NCBI GenBank assembly: GCA_964370475.1
Contig: CAYJJI010000001.1
Span: forward strand, 50,363 to 114,362
DNA length: 64,000 nt
Direction of reading: 5' to 3'
Source: an uncultured Muribaculaceae bacterium
GTDB taxonomy: Bacteria > Bacillota_I > Bacilli_A > RF39 > UBA660
Shown here: piece by piece, positions 9,533 to 19,686 of the stretch
Layout of the letters: every line of letters starts with the position of its first letter
Numbering within the stretch: position 1 is the first letter of the stretch
The notes under the pieces: model-generated
What the model was told of the DNA's origin: nothing
Databases searched by the model: none
Seen by the model: the letters and a program-made list of their open reading frames with translations, nothing else
Position numbers and translations under genes: made by a program

Positions 9533-9538
9533 CTTTCA

Positions 9539-10780
9539 CTATTCTACAACATCATGAATTAAAGTAAAATCTGATTTTTCACCTATTTTATAAGGTACTC
9601 CTTTAGCTTCAATTGGACTATCACTAAACATAGTAAATAATACATCTCCAATTTTAACTTCATCATTAATATGTTTATTTATAACAATACCAGCATTAAA
9701 GTCTATTTTATCTTCCAAAGTTTTACGACCAGCACCTAATTCTAAAGATAACTTACCCATTTGCAAAGCATCAATAGAAGTAACATAACCACTAAATTTA
9801 CTTCTTACATCTACTCTATACTTAGCTACTTCATCAACTAAATGAATATTACCACCTTGATAACTAATAAATTCTCTTAACTTATTTAAGCCATCACCTT
9901 CAAGTATTTGTAAAACAATTTCTTCACTTTTATCTAAAGACATATTATGTCTTAAAGAAATAATCTGACTAGCTATAGTAATACATAAATCACGTAACTC
10001 CTCATTACCCTTACCACTTAAAACCTCAACAGCTTCTCTAACTTCTAATCTATTACCAATAGTAGATCCTAAAGGAATATCCATATTAGATAAAATAGCT
10101 CTAGTTTTAATTCCACACTCAGAACCAATCTTAACCATTAATTTAGCCAATTTTTTAGCATCTTTAATATTCTTCATGAATGCTCCACTACCTACTTTAA
10201 CATCTAATAATAACGTTTTAGCTCCACTAGCAATCTTTTTACTCATAATACTAGCAGCAATTAATGGAATGCTCTCAACAGTACCAGTAACATCTCTTAA
10301 ATGATATAACTTCTTATCAGCAGGAGCAATATTCTTAGTTTGACCCATAATAGCTATATTAATTTTTTTAGCTTGATCTATAAATTCTTCTTCAGTTAAA
10401 GAAGTATTAACTCCAACTGACTCTAACTTATCAATAGTACCACCAGTATATCCAAGACCTCTACCACTCATCTTTGCCAATCTACAATGAGCACAAGCAA
10501 CAATAGGACCGACAATCAAACTAACCTTATCACCAATACCTCCAGTAGAATGCTTATCAACCGTTTGAAAAGGCAAAGTAACACAATCTCCAGAATCAGT
10601 CATCTCTTTAGTTAAGCAAATCGTCTCCGCCTCACTCATTCCATTAATAACAATAGCCATTAATAAAGCAGATATTTGATAATCTTTAAAACTATCTAAA
10701 TTAGTAATAAAAAAACTAATATCTTCATTAGATAACTCTAATTTATTCTTCTTCTTTTCAATAATATCTAATATAGTCAT
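9539..10780 (-). CDS. pdp: Pyrimidine-nucleoside (thymidine) phosphorylase
   Basis: DKHSTGGIGDK, SGRGLGYTGGTIDKLE motifs. 413 aa. Confidence 0.85.
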   Translation of the reverse strand: MTILDIIEKKKNKLELSNEDISFFITNLDSFKDYQISALLMAIVINGMSEAETICLTKEMTDSGDCVTLPFQTVDKHSTGGIGDKVSLIVGPIVACAHCRLAKMSGRGLGYTGGTIDKLESVGVNTSLTEEEFIDQAKKINIAIMGQTKNIAPADKKLYHLRDVTGTVESIPLIAASIMSKKIASGAKTLLLDVKVGSGAFMKNIKDAKKLAKLMVKIGSECGIKTRAILSNMDIPLGSTIGNRLEVREAVEVLSGKGNEELRDLCITIASQIISLRHNMSLDKSEEIVLQILEGDGLNKLREFISYQGGNIHLVDEVAKYRVDVRSKFSGYVTSIDALQMGKLSLELGAGRKTLEDKIDFNAGIVINKHINDEVKIGDVLFTMFSDSPIEAKGVPYKIGEKSDFTLIHDVVE

Positions 10781-11163
10781 TTAACTTCTCCCTTAAAAGC
10801 ATAAGGTAATATACTATCAAGAGTATACTCCAATATCTCATCATTATTCTTTACATATATCTTAAAATCACTATTACAAAATTCACTCATCACTTGACGA
10901 CACACTCCACAAGGATAAGCAGGTTTATTTATATCATTACCAACAATAGCAATAGCAACAAACTCAAGTTCACCTTCACTAACTGCTTTAAAAAAAGCAG
11001 TTCGCTCAGCACAGTTACTAGGAGAATAAGCCTCATTTTCAACATTACAACCAGTATATATCTTACCACTTTTAGTTAATAAAGCTGCCCCTACCTTAAA
11101 ATTAGAATAAGGACTATAAGAAAATTCACGCGCTTCTATTGCACTATTAATTAATACATTCAT
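10777..11163 (-). CDS. cdd: Cytidine deaminase
   Basis: CAERTAFFKA and PCGVCRQV zinc-binding motifs. 128 aa. Confidence 0.85.
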   Translation of the reverse strand: MNVLINSAIEAREFSYSPYSNFKVGAALLTKSGKIYTGCNVENEAYSPSNCAERTAFFKAVSEGELEFVAIAIVGNDINKPAYPCGVCRQVMSEFCNSDFKIYVKNNDEILEYTLDSILPYAFKGEVK

Positions 11164-11192
11164 AATACACTCTCCATCTTAAAAATTATAAC

Positions 11193-11222
11193 ATAAAAAA
11201 AAGACTTATAAAAGTCTATTTT
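11193..11222. terminator. Hairpin terminator (aagactt-ataa-aagtctt with A/T flanks), copy 1 of an identical 27-bp repeat
   Basis: ataaaaaaaagacttataaaagtctatttt. Identical core at 13539-13568. Confidence 0.55.
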
Positions 11223-11937
11223 AATGATAATATACTCTATTTATAAAAGTTTTAACTTCATCATAAACCATATACTCTAAATCATTTACATTGTCACTAA
11301 AAGGATAAATATAATCTACAACACTTAACTCTTCTAAAGACCTTAAATCATTCAAATTAATATTAGTAATATAAACTAATTCACTTTTATTAAAAAACAA
11401 ATTATATCCACTTACATCAATCATAGTATCAGATTCATTTCCAACAGTAGTAGAAATTTCATAAGCATTAAAATCTTCTATCTTAGAAACATCAACACTA
11501 ACTGAATAATCATCTTTTCTAATAGATTCAAAATATTCAGTAATAATCGGTTCAACTACAACTTTCCCAGCATAACTATCTATTAAGATAGGTATATTAG
11601 AAAAAGCAATACTCTCTTCTCCAGCTAATATATTCCCACCATATACCGTCTCTGACTTTATCAAGTTTTCTTCATAATCATAATACTTAACATTAAAATC
11701 AATTGATTGATTTTTATTAGTATTATTTTCATAAATAAATACTAGTAGATCTTGTTTACTTATCAAATGATAAGTAAACAATACATCACTCTCTATAACC
11801 TCAATGTCCTCAGATTTATAATTATTAGAAACTAATACCTCCAAAGATTCATCAACACCTTTATTTATAAATAAATAAATTGATAAACTAATAAATATTA
11901 TCGACACAAAACTTAAAATCCATATAGCTATTTTCAT
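11221..11937 (-). CDS. Hypothetical membrane-anchored protein (N-terminal TM), encoded directly downstream of the large pilin
   Basis: 238 aa with an N-terminal hydrophobic segment (MKIAIWILSFVSIIFISLSIYLF), then a polar extracellular region. 18 nt from the pilin gene. Confidence 0.4.
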   Translation of the reverse strand: MKIAIWILSFVSIIFISLSIYLFINKGVDESLEVLVSNNYKSEDIEVIESDVLFTYHLISKQDLLVFIYENNTNKNQSIDFNVKYYDYEENLIKSETVYGGNILAGEESIAFSNIPILIDSYAGKVVVEPIITEYFESIRKDDYSVSVDVSKIEDFNAYEISTTVGNESDTMIDVSGYNLFFNKSELVYITNINLNDLRSLEELSVVDYIYPFSDNVNDLEYMVYDEVKTFINRVYYH

Positions 11938-11955
11938 TTTCTAACCTCCAAAAAA

Positions 11956-13491
11956 TCACTCAACTTCATAACACATACCCTCTGGACTATTTCCAAGACA
12001 TCTTTTAATTTCACATGTATGTTCACCAGTACAAACATCAAATCCCCAATCAGACCAAGGACCATTTTCTCTATAACCACTTCTTTCACAACTAAAAATA
12101 GGTTGATCTGCATTATTAATACAATAAGGATGACTTAAAACATAAAAGCTACCATTATACTGACATCTATTTCCATTATCACATACATATCCTGGTATAG
12201 GAGCTTTCGGATATACATGATGACCACTAATAAAAACAGAAGACCTAGTCCTATACTTAGTTACTATTGATAATTTAAAATAAACTTCAACAACAGTATT
12301 CTCTCTTGGCATAATAAAATTATCACTATTTAATAAAACTCCATTAACATACATTTTATCCACTTCATAATTTACATTCGGAACAAATGATAATGAAATA
12401 TTATTTCCAAATAAAGAAGAATCCTTACTTGAATATGCAACTCCACCATCACCATTAACAACACTAATGGTATATAAAGTTTTATCAACCTTACTTACAT
12501 TAAAAGGCATCTTAGCTTCATTACCTGCATTATCATAAACATATAAAACATAATCCCCATTATCTCTAGTAACAGTAATCAAACCATTATTAGAAAGAAA
12601 AACATTAATATCATTAATTCTTAATGAATTAATACCAGAGCCAACAACGCCATCATTATATTCGATATTTACTTCTCTATCCTTATTTATATACTCACTA
12701 TTATCAACATCTACTTCAATTACTGGAGGAATCTTATCAATCTTAAGTGTTCTAACTTTAGTTTTAAATCCTTCATTAGTTAAAATAGAACCATATATTG
12801 AAATAATAGAATTATCGGCACTAACTAATAACATATTAGAACAATCATCAACATTATTAATATCTACATTAGAAACATCACAAAAATTACTATCACTATA
12901 CTTTGAAGACTTATTTACTCCACCTCCAGTAAATACAATATCAGATCCTTCCTTAACGCTAAATCCATCATCAACATCTAAAACTAATAAAACGTCAGTA
13001 TTAATCCAAACAAATTCAGATAAACCACTAATTAATTCTAATTTATCACCAATAACCCCGTTAACTACCTTATAACCATCAAATTTCAACCCATCTTCAT
13101 CTTCAAGTTCATATTTAACACTACAATCATCAATTACTTCATCAGAAAAAGTAGCAACAATTTGATTCTTAGAAAAAGATATATTTATTGCATTACAACT
13201 CATATCACTACTATCAACAGGATTAATAACTTTATCACTATTAACATCATCAGAACTAATATATCCATCATATACAAGCTGTAAAACAGGTATCGTTATC
13301 GGAGCAGACAAGTTAAGTTCATCTCCCCATTTTTCAGAAGCTATTTCCAAACTTTGTATTTTATTATCTAAAGCCTTTTGCTTTCCTGAATTAGTAATAT
13401 TTATATAACTTGGAATAGCTATCAATAACAAAATACCAAGTATTACTATAGCTACTAATATTTCAACAATTGTAAATCCCTTATATTTCAT
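11956..13491 (-). CDS. Large type IV pilin-like protein (prepilin-type N-terminal cleavage/methylation domain plus ~470-aa C-terminal region with a Cys-rich end)
   Basis: MKYKG/FTIVEILVAIVILGILLLIAIPS is a classic class III signal (G at -1, E at +5). 511 aa. The last ~90 residues contain 10 Cys. Confidence 0.7.
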   Translation of the reverse strand: MKYKGFTIVEILVAIVILGILLLIAIPSYINITNSGKQKALDNKIQSLEIASEKWGDELNLSAPITIPVLQLVYDGYISSDDVNSDKVINPVDSSDMSCNAINISFSKNQIVATFSDEVIDDCSVKYELEDEDGLKFDGYKVVNGVIGDKLELISGLSEFVWINTDVLLVLDVDDGFSVKEGSDIVFTGGGVNKSSKYSDSNFCDVSNVDINNVDDCSNMLLVSADNSIISIYGSILTNEGFKTKVRTLKIDKIPPVIEVDVDNSEYINKDREVNIEYNDGVVGSGINSLRINDINVFLSNNGLITVTRDNGDYVLYVYDNAGNEAKMPFNVSKVDKTLYTISVVNGDGGVAYSSKDSSLFGNNISLSFVPNVNYEVDKMYVNGVLLNSDNFIMPRENTVVEVYFKLSIVTKYRTRSSVFISGHHVYPKAPIPGYVCDNGNRCQYNGSFYVLSHPYCINNADQPIFSCERSGYRENGPWSDWGFDVCTGEHTCEIKRCLGNSPEGMCYEVE

Positions 13492-13538
13492 AACTACCTC
13501 TACTATAACAAGTATAACCTAAAACAAAATAAAAACCA

Positions 13539-13568
13539 ATAAAAAAAGACTTATAAAAGTCTATTTTT
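13539..13568. terminator. Hairpin terminator, copy 2 of the identical 27-bp repeat (terminates tig)
   Basis: ataaaaaaagacttataaaagtctatttttt, same core as 11193-11222. Confidence 0.55.
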
Positions 13569-14802
13569 TAATTACTTCCATAGCAGCACGCATTTTCAAA
13601 TCATACTTAACTATATCTAATCCACCAAATGAATCTAAGAAATCAGCTTCCTTCATTCCATATCCTTCAGCCATATTCTTAGCTTCAGCTTTAGCATCTT
13701 TATCAGATATTTCAATCTTTTCAGCATCAGCAATACCTTCAAGTAAATATCTATAAGTCACTCTCTTAGTAGCTTCTGGATTCATTTGTTCATGAATCTT
13801 TTCATGAGTCATACCAGTAAATTGGAAATATTGATCAATATTTAATCCTTGCATTTTCAATTGTTCTTCAAATTGATGAATCATTCTATGAACTTCATCA
13901 CTAATTATTTCAGGATTAATTTCAACTTTCATTTCTTTAGCAGCAGTTTCTAAACATTCATTAATAAACTTATCTTCTACTTCAGCTTCCTTTTTAGTTT
14001 TGATTTTATTTTCAATTTCAGTTCTAAATTCAGCTTCAGTTTCAACTTTATCAAAACCTAAATCTAAATAGAATTCTTTAGTTAATTCAGGTAATTTTCT
14101 TTCTTTAATTTCATTAACTTTAACTTTAAATAAAACTTCTTTATTTTTTAATTCTTCAGTATAGTTTTCAGGAAACTTAAGATTTAACTCTTTAGAATCT
14201 CCAACACTCATCCCAATTAAACCTTCTTCAAAACCAGGAATAAAAGTATGTGAACCAATTTCTAATGGATAATTAGCTCCAGTTCCACCTTCTAATACTT
14301 TACCATCTACAAAACCTTCGAAATCTATAACAGCAGTATTACCATCTTCAACACTACCACTTTCTTTAACAGCTACTTCAGCATACTTACTAGATAAAGA
14401 TTTAATTTCCTCATCAATTTCTTTCTTAGTAACTTTTACAGCATCTTTTTTAACACCTAATTTAGTGTATTTACCTAATTTAACTTCAGGTTTAGTAATT
14501 ATTGTAAATTCAAACTCAACATGTTTATCATCAATTCCAATGATATTCATTTTAGGTTCAACAACTGGTATTAATTTATTATCTTTTAATACTTTAGTAT
14601 ATGCACTATTAAGTGCAATATCAGTAGCATCCATATATAAAGATTCTACACCAACTTTTTTGATATATAAATCTTTAGTAACAGAACCTTTTCTAAACCC
14701 ATCAATTTTAATATCTTTCTTTTTCTTATTAAATGCTTCATCAATAGCAGAAGTCCATTCTTTTCCTTTAACTTCTACTTTGATTGTATGTATATTTTTC
14801 AT
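13561..14802 (-). CDS. tig: Trigger factor
   Basis: GFRKGSV motif near the N-terminus. 413 aa with PPIase-type domain order. Confidence 0.85.
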   Translation of the reverse strand: MKNIHTIKVEVKGKEWTSAIDEAFNKKKKDIKIDGFRKGSVTKDLYIKKVGVESLYMDATDIALNSAYTKVLKDNKLIPVVEPKMNIIGIDDKHVEFEFTIITKPEVKLGKYTKLGVKKDAVKVTKKEIDEEIKSLSSKYAEVAVKESGSVEDGNTAVIDFEGFVDGKVLEGGTGANYPLEIGSHTFIPGFEEGLIGMSVGDSKELNLKFPENYTEELKNKEVLFKVKVNEIKERKLPELTKEFYLDLGFDKVETEAEFRTEIENKIKTKKEAEVEDKFINECLETAAKEMKVEINPEIISDEVHRMIHQFEEQLKMQGLNIDQYFQFTGMTHEKIHEQMNPEATKRVTYRYLLEGIADAEKIEISDKDAKAEAKNMAEGYGMKEADFLDSFGGLDIVKYDLKMRAAMEVIKK

Positions 14803-14861
14803 ATTATCTTCCTCTCGCTAAACATTATACTACAAATAACTAAATATATAAAGTATTTAGT

Positions 14862-14890
14862 AAAAAAATAGCATTTTTATGCTATTTTTA
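14862..14890. terminator. Bidirectional hairpin terminator between greA and tig (aaaatagca-ttttta-tgctatttt)
   Basis: 9-bp perfect stem with A/T-rich flanks. The greA stop lies within the loop. Confidence 0.5.
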
Positions 14891-15353
14891 TAATCTTAAT
14901 ATCATAAGTTCCATTAGGACTTGCAACACTTATTACATCTCCTACTTTACGACCCATAACAGCTTCACCAATAGGTGATTCATTACTAATTTTATTGTTA
15001 AACGGATCAGCTTCCAAAGAACCTACTATTTGGTATTCTTCTTCATCATCATCTTCGTCAATATAACTTATAGTAATTGTATTTCCTACACCAACTTCGT
15101 CTTTAGATCCAACTTCAACAATTTTAGCATTTTGTAATTTATATTCAAGTTCAGTAATTCTCGCTTCTAGTTGAGCTTGCTCTTCACGAGCAGCATCATA
15201 TTCAGAATTTTCTGATAAATCTCCATGGCTTCTAGCTTCTTTAATAGCAGCTACCACTTCAACTCTTTTATTTAATTTTAAATCATTTAATTCTTCTTCT
15301 AATTCTAAATACCCTTTAGATGTCAGCAAAATAGCTTGTTTTTTCATATTCAT
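14877..15353 (-). CDS. greA: Transcription elongation factor GreA
   Basis: 158 aa with an N-terminal coiled coil and C-terminal FKBP-like domain (MGRKVGDVISV). Confidence 0.85.
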   Translation of the reverse strand: MNMKKQAILLTSKGYLELEEELNDLKLNKRVEVVAAIKEARSHGDLSENSEYDAAREEQAQLEARITELEYKLQNAKIVEVGSKDEVGVGNTITISYIDEDDDEEEYQIVGSLEADPFNNKISNESPIGEAVMGRKVGDVISVASPNGTYDIKIIKIA

Positions 15354-15385
15354 CTCTCCTTCAAAAAAGTATCCTAATAAGAATA

Positions 15386-16573
15386 CTACAAATAGTCATT
15401 AATGTCAATCGTTTTCAAACGCATCATATCTCCAGGTAAAACCTTAAGATCACCTTTGAATTTTATTATCATTCTTGGATGTCTCGCAACATCTAAAACA
15501 TTTAAATCTTCATCATAAAATTCATTAATAACATAAGTAAAAACAGAAGTATCAGGTCCAAAAAACTCAACTACATCAGAAGTTTTAAAATAATTTCTTT
15601 GTTCTATAGTAACAATACCATTTTCATTAGATTTAACTATTCCTAAAAAATCTTGATTACTCTCTTCCTTACGACCTAAAAAATACTGTTCTTCCACTCC
15701 AGCAATCTTATCAAAAAATTGCGGTGTACTATCTCTATTAGCACATCTATTTAATATCGCTAAGTAGTACTTAATATATGCATCATTTAATTCATTATTC
15801 ATTATTTTATCAATAATTACTCGATAACTATTAATTACTGTAGCAATATAATAAATACTTCTCATTCTGCCTTCTACTTTAAAAGAGTTAACCCCAATCT
15901 TTATCATTTCTTTAATATTACTAACCATATTTAAATCTTTAGGAGTCATACTATAAGTTAAATTATCATTATCACTTAAAAAAGTAAATCTACATACTTG
16001 AGCACAACCACCTCTGTTACTATCTCTATTAGTAACATAATTACTAAGAACACATTTACCTGAATAAGAAGTACACATTGCTCCATGAATAAAACACTCA
16101 AGTTCTAAATTAGTTTCTTCTTTGATATTTTTAATATCTTCTTTACTACATTCACGAGCTAGTACAACTCTAGTAGCACCCAAACCTTTATAAAACTTAG
16201 CCGTCTCACTATTAGTAATACTTGCTTGAGTAGAAATGTGTAATTCATATTTACAGTTCAACTCACGCCATAATTTCATAACTACTATATCACTACAAAT
16301 AATGGCATCAATCCCAATTTCATCCAAAGAAAGTAAGTATTCCCTCAAACCATCAAGATCATTCTCATGCAACACTATATTAACTGTTACATATATTTTC
16401 TTTTTTAAACTATGAGTATATAATACAGCCTCTTTTAAATCATCTAACGAAAAATTTCTTGCATTTGCTCTCAAACTAAAATTAGTTCCACCAACATATA
16501 CAGCATCAGCTCCATACAACAAAGCAAACTTAAGACGTTCAAAATCACCAGCTGGCGCTAATAACTCAACCAT
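15386..16573 (-). CDS. Peptidase U32 family protein (YrrO-like)
   Basis: N-terminus ELLAPAGDFERLKFALLYGADAVYVGG and the U32 signature ECFIHGAMCTSYSGKCVLSNY. Confidence 0.75.
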   Translation of the reverse strand: MVELLAPAGDFERLKFALLYGADAVYVGGTNFSLRANARNFSLDDLKEAVLYTHSLKKKIYVTVNIVLHENDLDGLREYLLSLDEIGIDAIICSDIVVMKLWRELNCKYELHISTQASITNSETAKFYKGLGATRVVLARECSKEDIKNIKEETNLELECFIHGAMCTSYSGKCVLSNYVTNRDSNRGGCAQVCRFTFLSDNDNLTYSMTPKDLNMVSNIKEMIKIGVNSFKVEGRMRSIYYIATVINSYRVIIDKIMNNELNDAYIKYYLAILNRCANRDSTPQFFDKIAGVEEQYFLGRKEESNQDFLGIVKSNENGIVTIEQRNYFKTSDVVEFFGPDTSVFTYVINEFYDEDLNVLDVARHPRMIIKFKGDLKVLPGDMMRLKTIDINDYL

Positions 16574-17363
16574 TTCGTCTCACCTCTTCAATCTTAAAAA
16601 CCGTTCTCTTATCTAAAAAACCACTAAATAAACCATCCTTACTTAAAATATCAATAACCTTCTCCTTTTCAATATAAGAAGTATTTATATAAAAATAAAG
16701 CACATCAAGTTCTAATAATCTTTTATCAAAAAATATATGATTATCATAAATAACAGTTCCCAAATCACTCTCGGTCATTAAAAATTCATAACCACCTACA
16801 GTTTCCTTAAGCAAAGTCTTACTTTTACTAGGTAACTTATAATTATCAGTATAATTACTTATTAAACTTCTTCTACTATACATAGCTTGATTATAACCAA
16901 ATAAATGAACTACAACTTTCTTTTTAACTTCAGAAACTATATTTTCAAGTTCAGATATAGTTAACTCATTACTTACAACAACACTATCATTAAATTCTAA
17001 TAAATAATTAATAGATTCACTATTAGTAGCAAAATGATTTTGAAACAAAATCAATTCTAAATCAAGATTTAACTCTTTAACTAAATTATATACAGCTAAA
17101 TCTTCATATACAATTCCTTTTATTTTTAATAAAGGCAATATTTTTTTTAGATCCTTAACCATCGATGTATTCAATAAACAATTAATTAAAACATAAGAAT
17201 CAGTAAAATTATTAACATCTTCGACTTTAAAACTTTTTTCATACCCAATAGAAAATCCTTCTAAAGCAAAAAGAAAGGTTGTAAAACCTTTTTCCTTATA
17301 AAATTCTATATCAGCTAAATTATTAATATTTAATAAACAATTAGTTAGCATTTTTTTTAACAC
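16566..17363 (-). CDS. YrrN-like protein (U32-related, degenerate), by synteny
   Basis: Sits at the yrrN position between the O-methyltransferase and the U32 peptidase. No clear U32 signature. Confidence 0.3.
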   Translation of the reverse strand: MLKKMLTNCLLNINNLADIEFYKEKGFTTFLFALEGFSIGYEKSFKVEDVNNFTDSYVLINCLLNTSMVKDLKKILPLLKIKGIVYEDLAVYNLVKELNLDLELILFQNHFATNSESINYLLEFNDSVVVSNELTISELENIVSEVKKKVVVHLFGYNQAMYSRRSLISNYTDNYKLPSKSKTLLKETVGGYEFLMTESDLGTVIYDNHIFFDKRLLELDVLYFYINTSYIEKEKVIDILSKDGLFSGFLDKRTVFKIEEVRRNG

Positions 17364-17940
17364 TCACAGAAATTCCATCACCAACATCAATGAAATCAGT
17401 ATCAAATTCATCATGATGTTTCAAGAAATCAATATAATTCTCTATTTTATTAACTAAGCCTTTTAGATTACGACTTTCAATATTCTTTTTATTAGCAACA
17501 TGTCCATGAAATTTTAAATTATCACTAATAATAATACCACCATCATTTAAAAAATGTTTGAATTTATCAAAATAATTAATATATTGACCCTTAGCAGCAT
17601 CAATAAATATTAAATCATATTTAACTCCAACTAAGTTAACTTCTAAAGCATCTTGAAATACTACGTTAATATTTTTATCTAAAGAACACTTCTTAACATT
17701 CTTTAAACATTCCATATATCTATTATTATCTTTCTCTATAGTAGTAACTTTAACATCATCATTAGCACTAGCCATTAAAATAGCAGAATAACCAATAGCA
17801 CTACCTATCTCTAAGATAGACTTAACATTATGTTTTTTAATATATTTCATAATAAATACTATTGAATCTTTCTCAATAATTGGAACATTATGCTCCTTCG
17901 CATACTCTTCCATTTCTAAAATTATTTCTTTCATTATCAT
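17341..17940 (-). CDS. SAM-dependent O-methyltransferase (YrrM-like, class I)
   Basis: Methyltransferase motif I ILEIGSAIGYSA. DLIFIDAAKGQY. Confidence 0.6.
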   Translation of the reverse strand: MIMKEIILEMEEYAKEHNVPIIEKDSIVFIMKYIKKHNVKSILEIGSAIGYSAILMASANDDVKVTTIEKDNNRYMECLKNVKKCSLDKNINVVFQDALEVNLVGVKYDLIFIDAAKGQYINYFDKFKHFLNDGGIIISDNLKFHGHVANKKNIESRNLKGLVNKIENYIDFLKHHDEFDTDFIDVGDGISVSVKKNAN

Positions 17941-17946
17941 TCACCT

Positions 17947-19008
17947 TTATTCACAAAACATTCCACTTGCTTTAATTTCTGAAGTCTTAGCTATATGTTC
18001 AGCTTCAGTATTTGTATAATATGTTTTACCATTACAATCAGCAACGAAATACATGTATCCTTCATCAGTTGGGTTCAATGCTGCATCAATACTTTTAATT
18101 CCTGGATTACTAATAGGTCCTACACTAAGACCAAAATAAGTTGCACATCTAGTATTATAACTATTCAAACAACTTGAATAACCATATTCTAAATTACTAG
18201 CAGACTCTTTTTGTTCTCCATATAAAGTAGTAACATCACTACCTAAACTCCAACCAGCATCAATTCTATTTAAGAAAACTTCAGAAACCATAGGACGATC
18301 AACATCATATTTAGTTTCCCTTTCAATAATACTAGCTAAAGTTAAAACTTCATGAACAGACATCGAACTACTTAAAATTTCATCCTTATACGCTTCCAGT
18401 TTAGCTAAAGTATTGTTAAGCATAATAACAACAACTTCTTCAACACTTGCATTATAATATATATCATAAGTATCAGGAAATAAATATCCCTCAAGTGCGT
18501 AATAAATATTACCATTTAATACGTCATTAGTCAAGAACCAGTACTTTTCACTATCAATTAATCTTTGAATCATTTCTGGATCATTAATATCTTCAAGAAC
18601 TCTCTCTTCATCCATTTTAATATGATTAGCAATAATTTTGACATGATCAGTTAACTTATCCCCCTCATAAAAAACAACAAAAGAAGAATCACTAACATTT
18701 CCTAAATTCAATGCATCAAATATATGTCTCATAGACATATTTTTATTAAGTTCATATTCACCAGCTTGTAATACAACATCACTTATAAAAGCATAGCCCA
18801 TAGCAATTAATTCACTTCTAATTAAACCAGCATCAGCTAAATTATTAATTATATCAGTAGTAGATTCGCCCTCTCTAATCATAAAATTAACTTTAGTAGA
18901 TGAATTACTCATCGGTTCCATCATAAATAAAACAACAATCACAACTGCAACAATAAATATAATTATACCTATAATTATATTTATTATATTTTTCTTTATA
19001 AATTTCAC
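17947..19008 (-). CDS. mltG: Endolytic murein transglycosylase MltG (YceG-like)
   Basis: N-terminal TM anchor, YceG-like domain, and conserved position after ruvX-yrzB. Confidence 0.6.
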   Translation of the reverse strand: MKFIKKNIINIIIGIIIFIVAVVIVVLFMMEPMSNSSTKVNFMIREGESTTDIINNLADAGLIRSELIAMGYAFISDVVLQAGEYELNKNMSMRHIFDALNLGNVSDSSFVVFYEGDKLTDHVKIIANHIKMDEERVLEDINDPEMIQRLIDSEKYWFLTNDVLNGNIYYALEGYLFPDTYDIYYNASVEEVVVIMLNNTLAKLEAYKDEILSSSMSVHEVLTLASIIERETKYDVDRPMVSEVFLNRIDAGWSLGSDVTTLYGEQKESASNLEYGYSSCLNSYNTRCATYFGLSVGPISNPGIKSIDAALNPTDEGYMYFVADCNGKTYYTNTEAEHIAKTSEIKASGMFCE

Positions 19009-19277
19009 TCTTTATCTCCCTTTTTTTCAATTAAAGAAGATAAAATAGATTCTACTATCTTAAATTCTTCATTAGATTTAATATCTTTAAGCTTCAATTC
19101 CCCATTTTTATATTCACTAATAGAAGCATATATTATTTTATTCTTATCATCATCATAAGTATTATCAGTATATACTATATAATCATGACCAGTCTCCTCA
19201 CTATTAAAAGTAAACAAAACATCACATATCACTTCTTCATTACTTTTATTTATAAAAGTAATAACATTATCTTTCAT
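19005..19277 (-). CDS. DUF1292/UPF0473 protein (YrzB-like)
   Basis: 90 aa. Conserved position between ruvX and mltG. Confidence 0.45.
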   Translation of the reverse strand: MKDNVITFINKSNEEVICDVLFTFNSEETGHDYIVYTDNTYDDDKNKIIYASISEYKNGELKLKDIKSNEEFKIVESILSSLIEKKGDKE

Positions 19278-19686
19278 TTTTTAACCCTTTCAAGTAAGAT
19301 TCTAAAATGATACAAGCTGCATAACTATCTATAACTTGCTTACGTTTATTTCTTCTCATATCAACATCTAATAAATATCTCTCAGCTTCCATAGTAGATA
19401 ATCTCTCATCAATAAGTATTACTTCTATCGGAAACTTATCTAGAAGCCATTCTTTAAAATTTAAAGATCTCTCTGAAGCAAAACCCAAAGAATTATCCAT
19501 ATTTTTAGGTAACCCTAATACAAATGTACCAATATCATTTTCCCTAACAATTTTTTCTAATTCAGGAATTAAATCTTCATAAACTTTAAACTTTAATACA
19601 TCAAACTTAGTAGCAATGGTATTACTTCTATCAGTAATAGCCAACCCAATCTTTTTAGTTCCCAAATCCATTCCTAATACTCTCAT
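19267..19686 (-). CDS. ruvX: Putative pre-16S rRNA nuclease / Holliday junction resolvase-like YqgF
   Basis: MRVLGMDLGTKKIGLAITD N-terminus, 139 aa. Confidence 0.8.
   Translation of the reverse strand: MRVLGMDLGTKKIGLAITDRSNTIATKFDVLKFKVYEDLIPELEKIVRENDIGTFVLGLPKNMDNSLGFASERSLNFKEWLLDKFPIEVILIDERLSTMEAERYLLDVDMRRNKRKQVIDSYAACIILESYLKGLKNER

Noticed and set aside
11956-13491. Possibility that the FGE-like paralogs themselves are pilins
   Set aside because: Their N-termini (e.g. MKPKFIILIGTALLLTVAIAVGFSYA/LW) lack the G/F-T-x-x-E prepilin cleavage motif and look like ordinary Sec signal peptides with an S-x-A cleavage site. Only the 511-aa protein has a true prepilin N-terminus.
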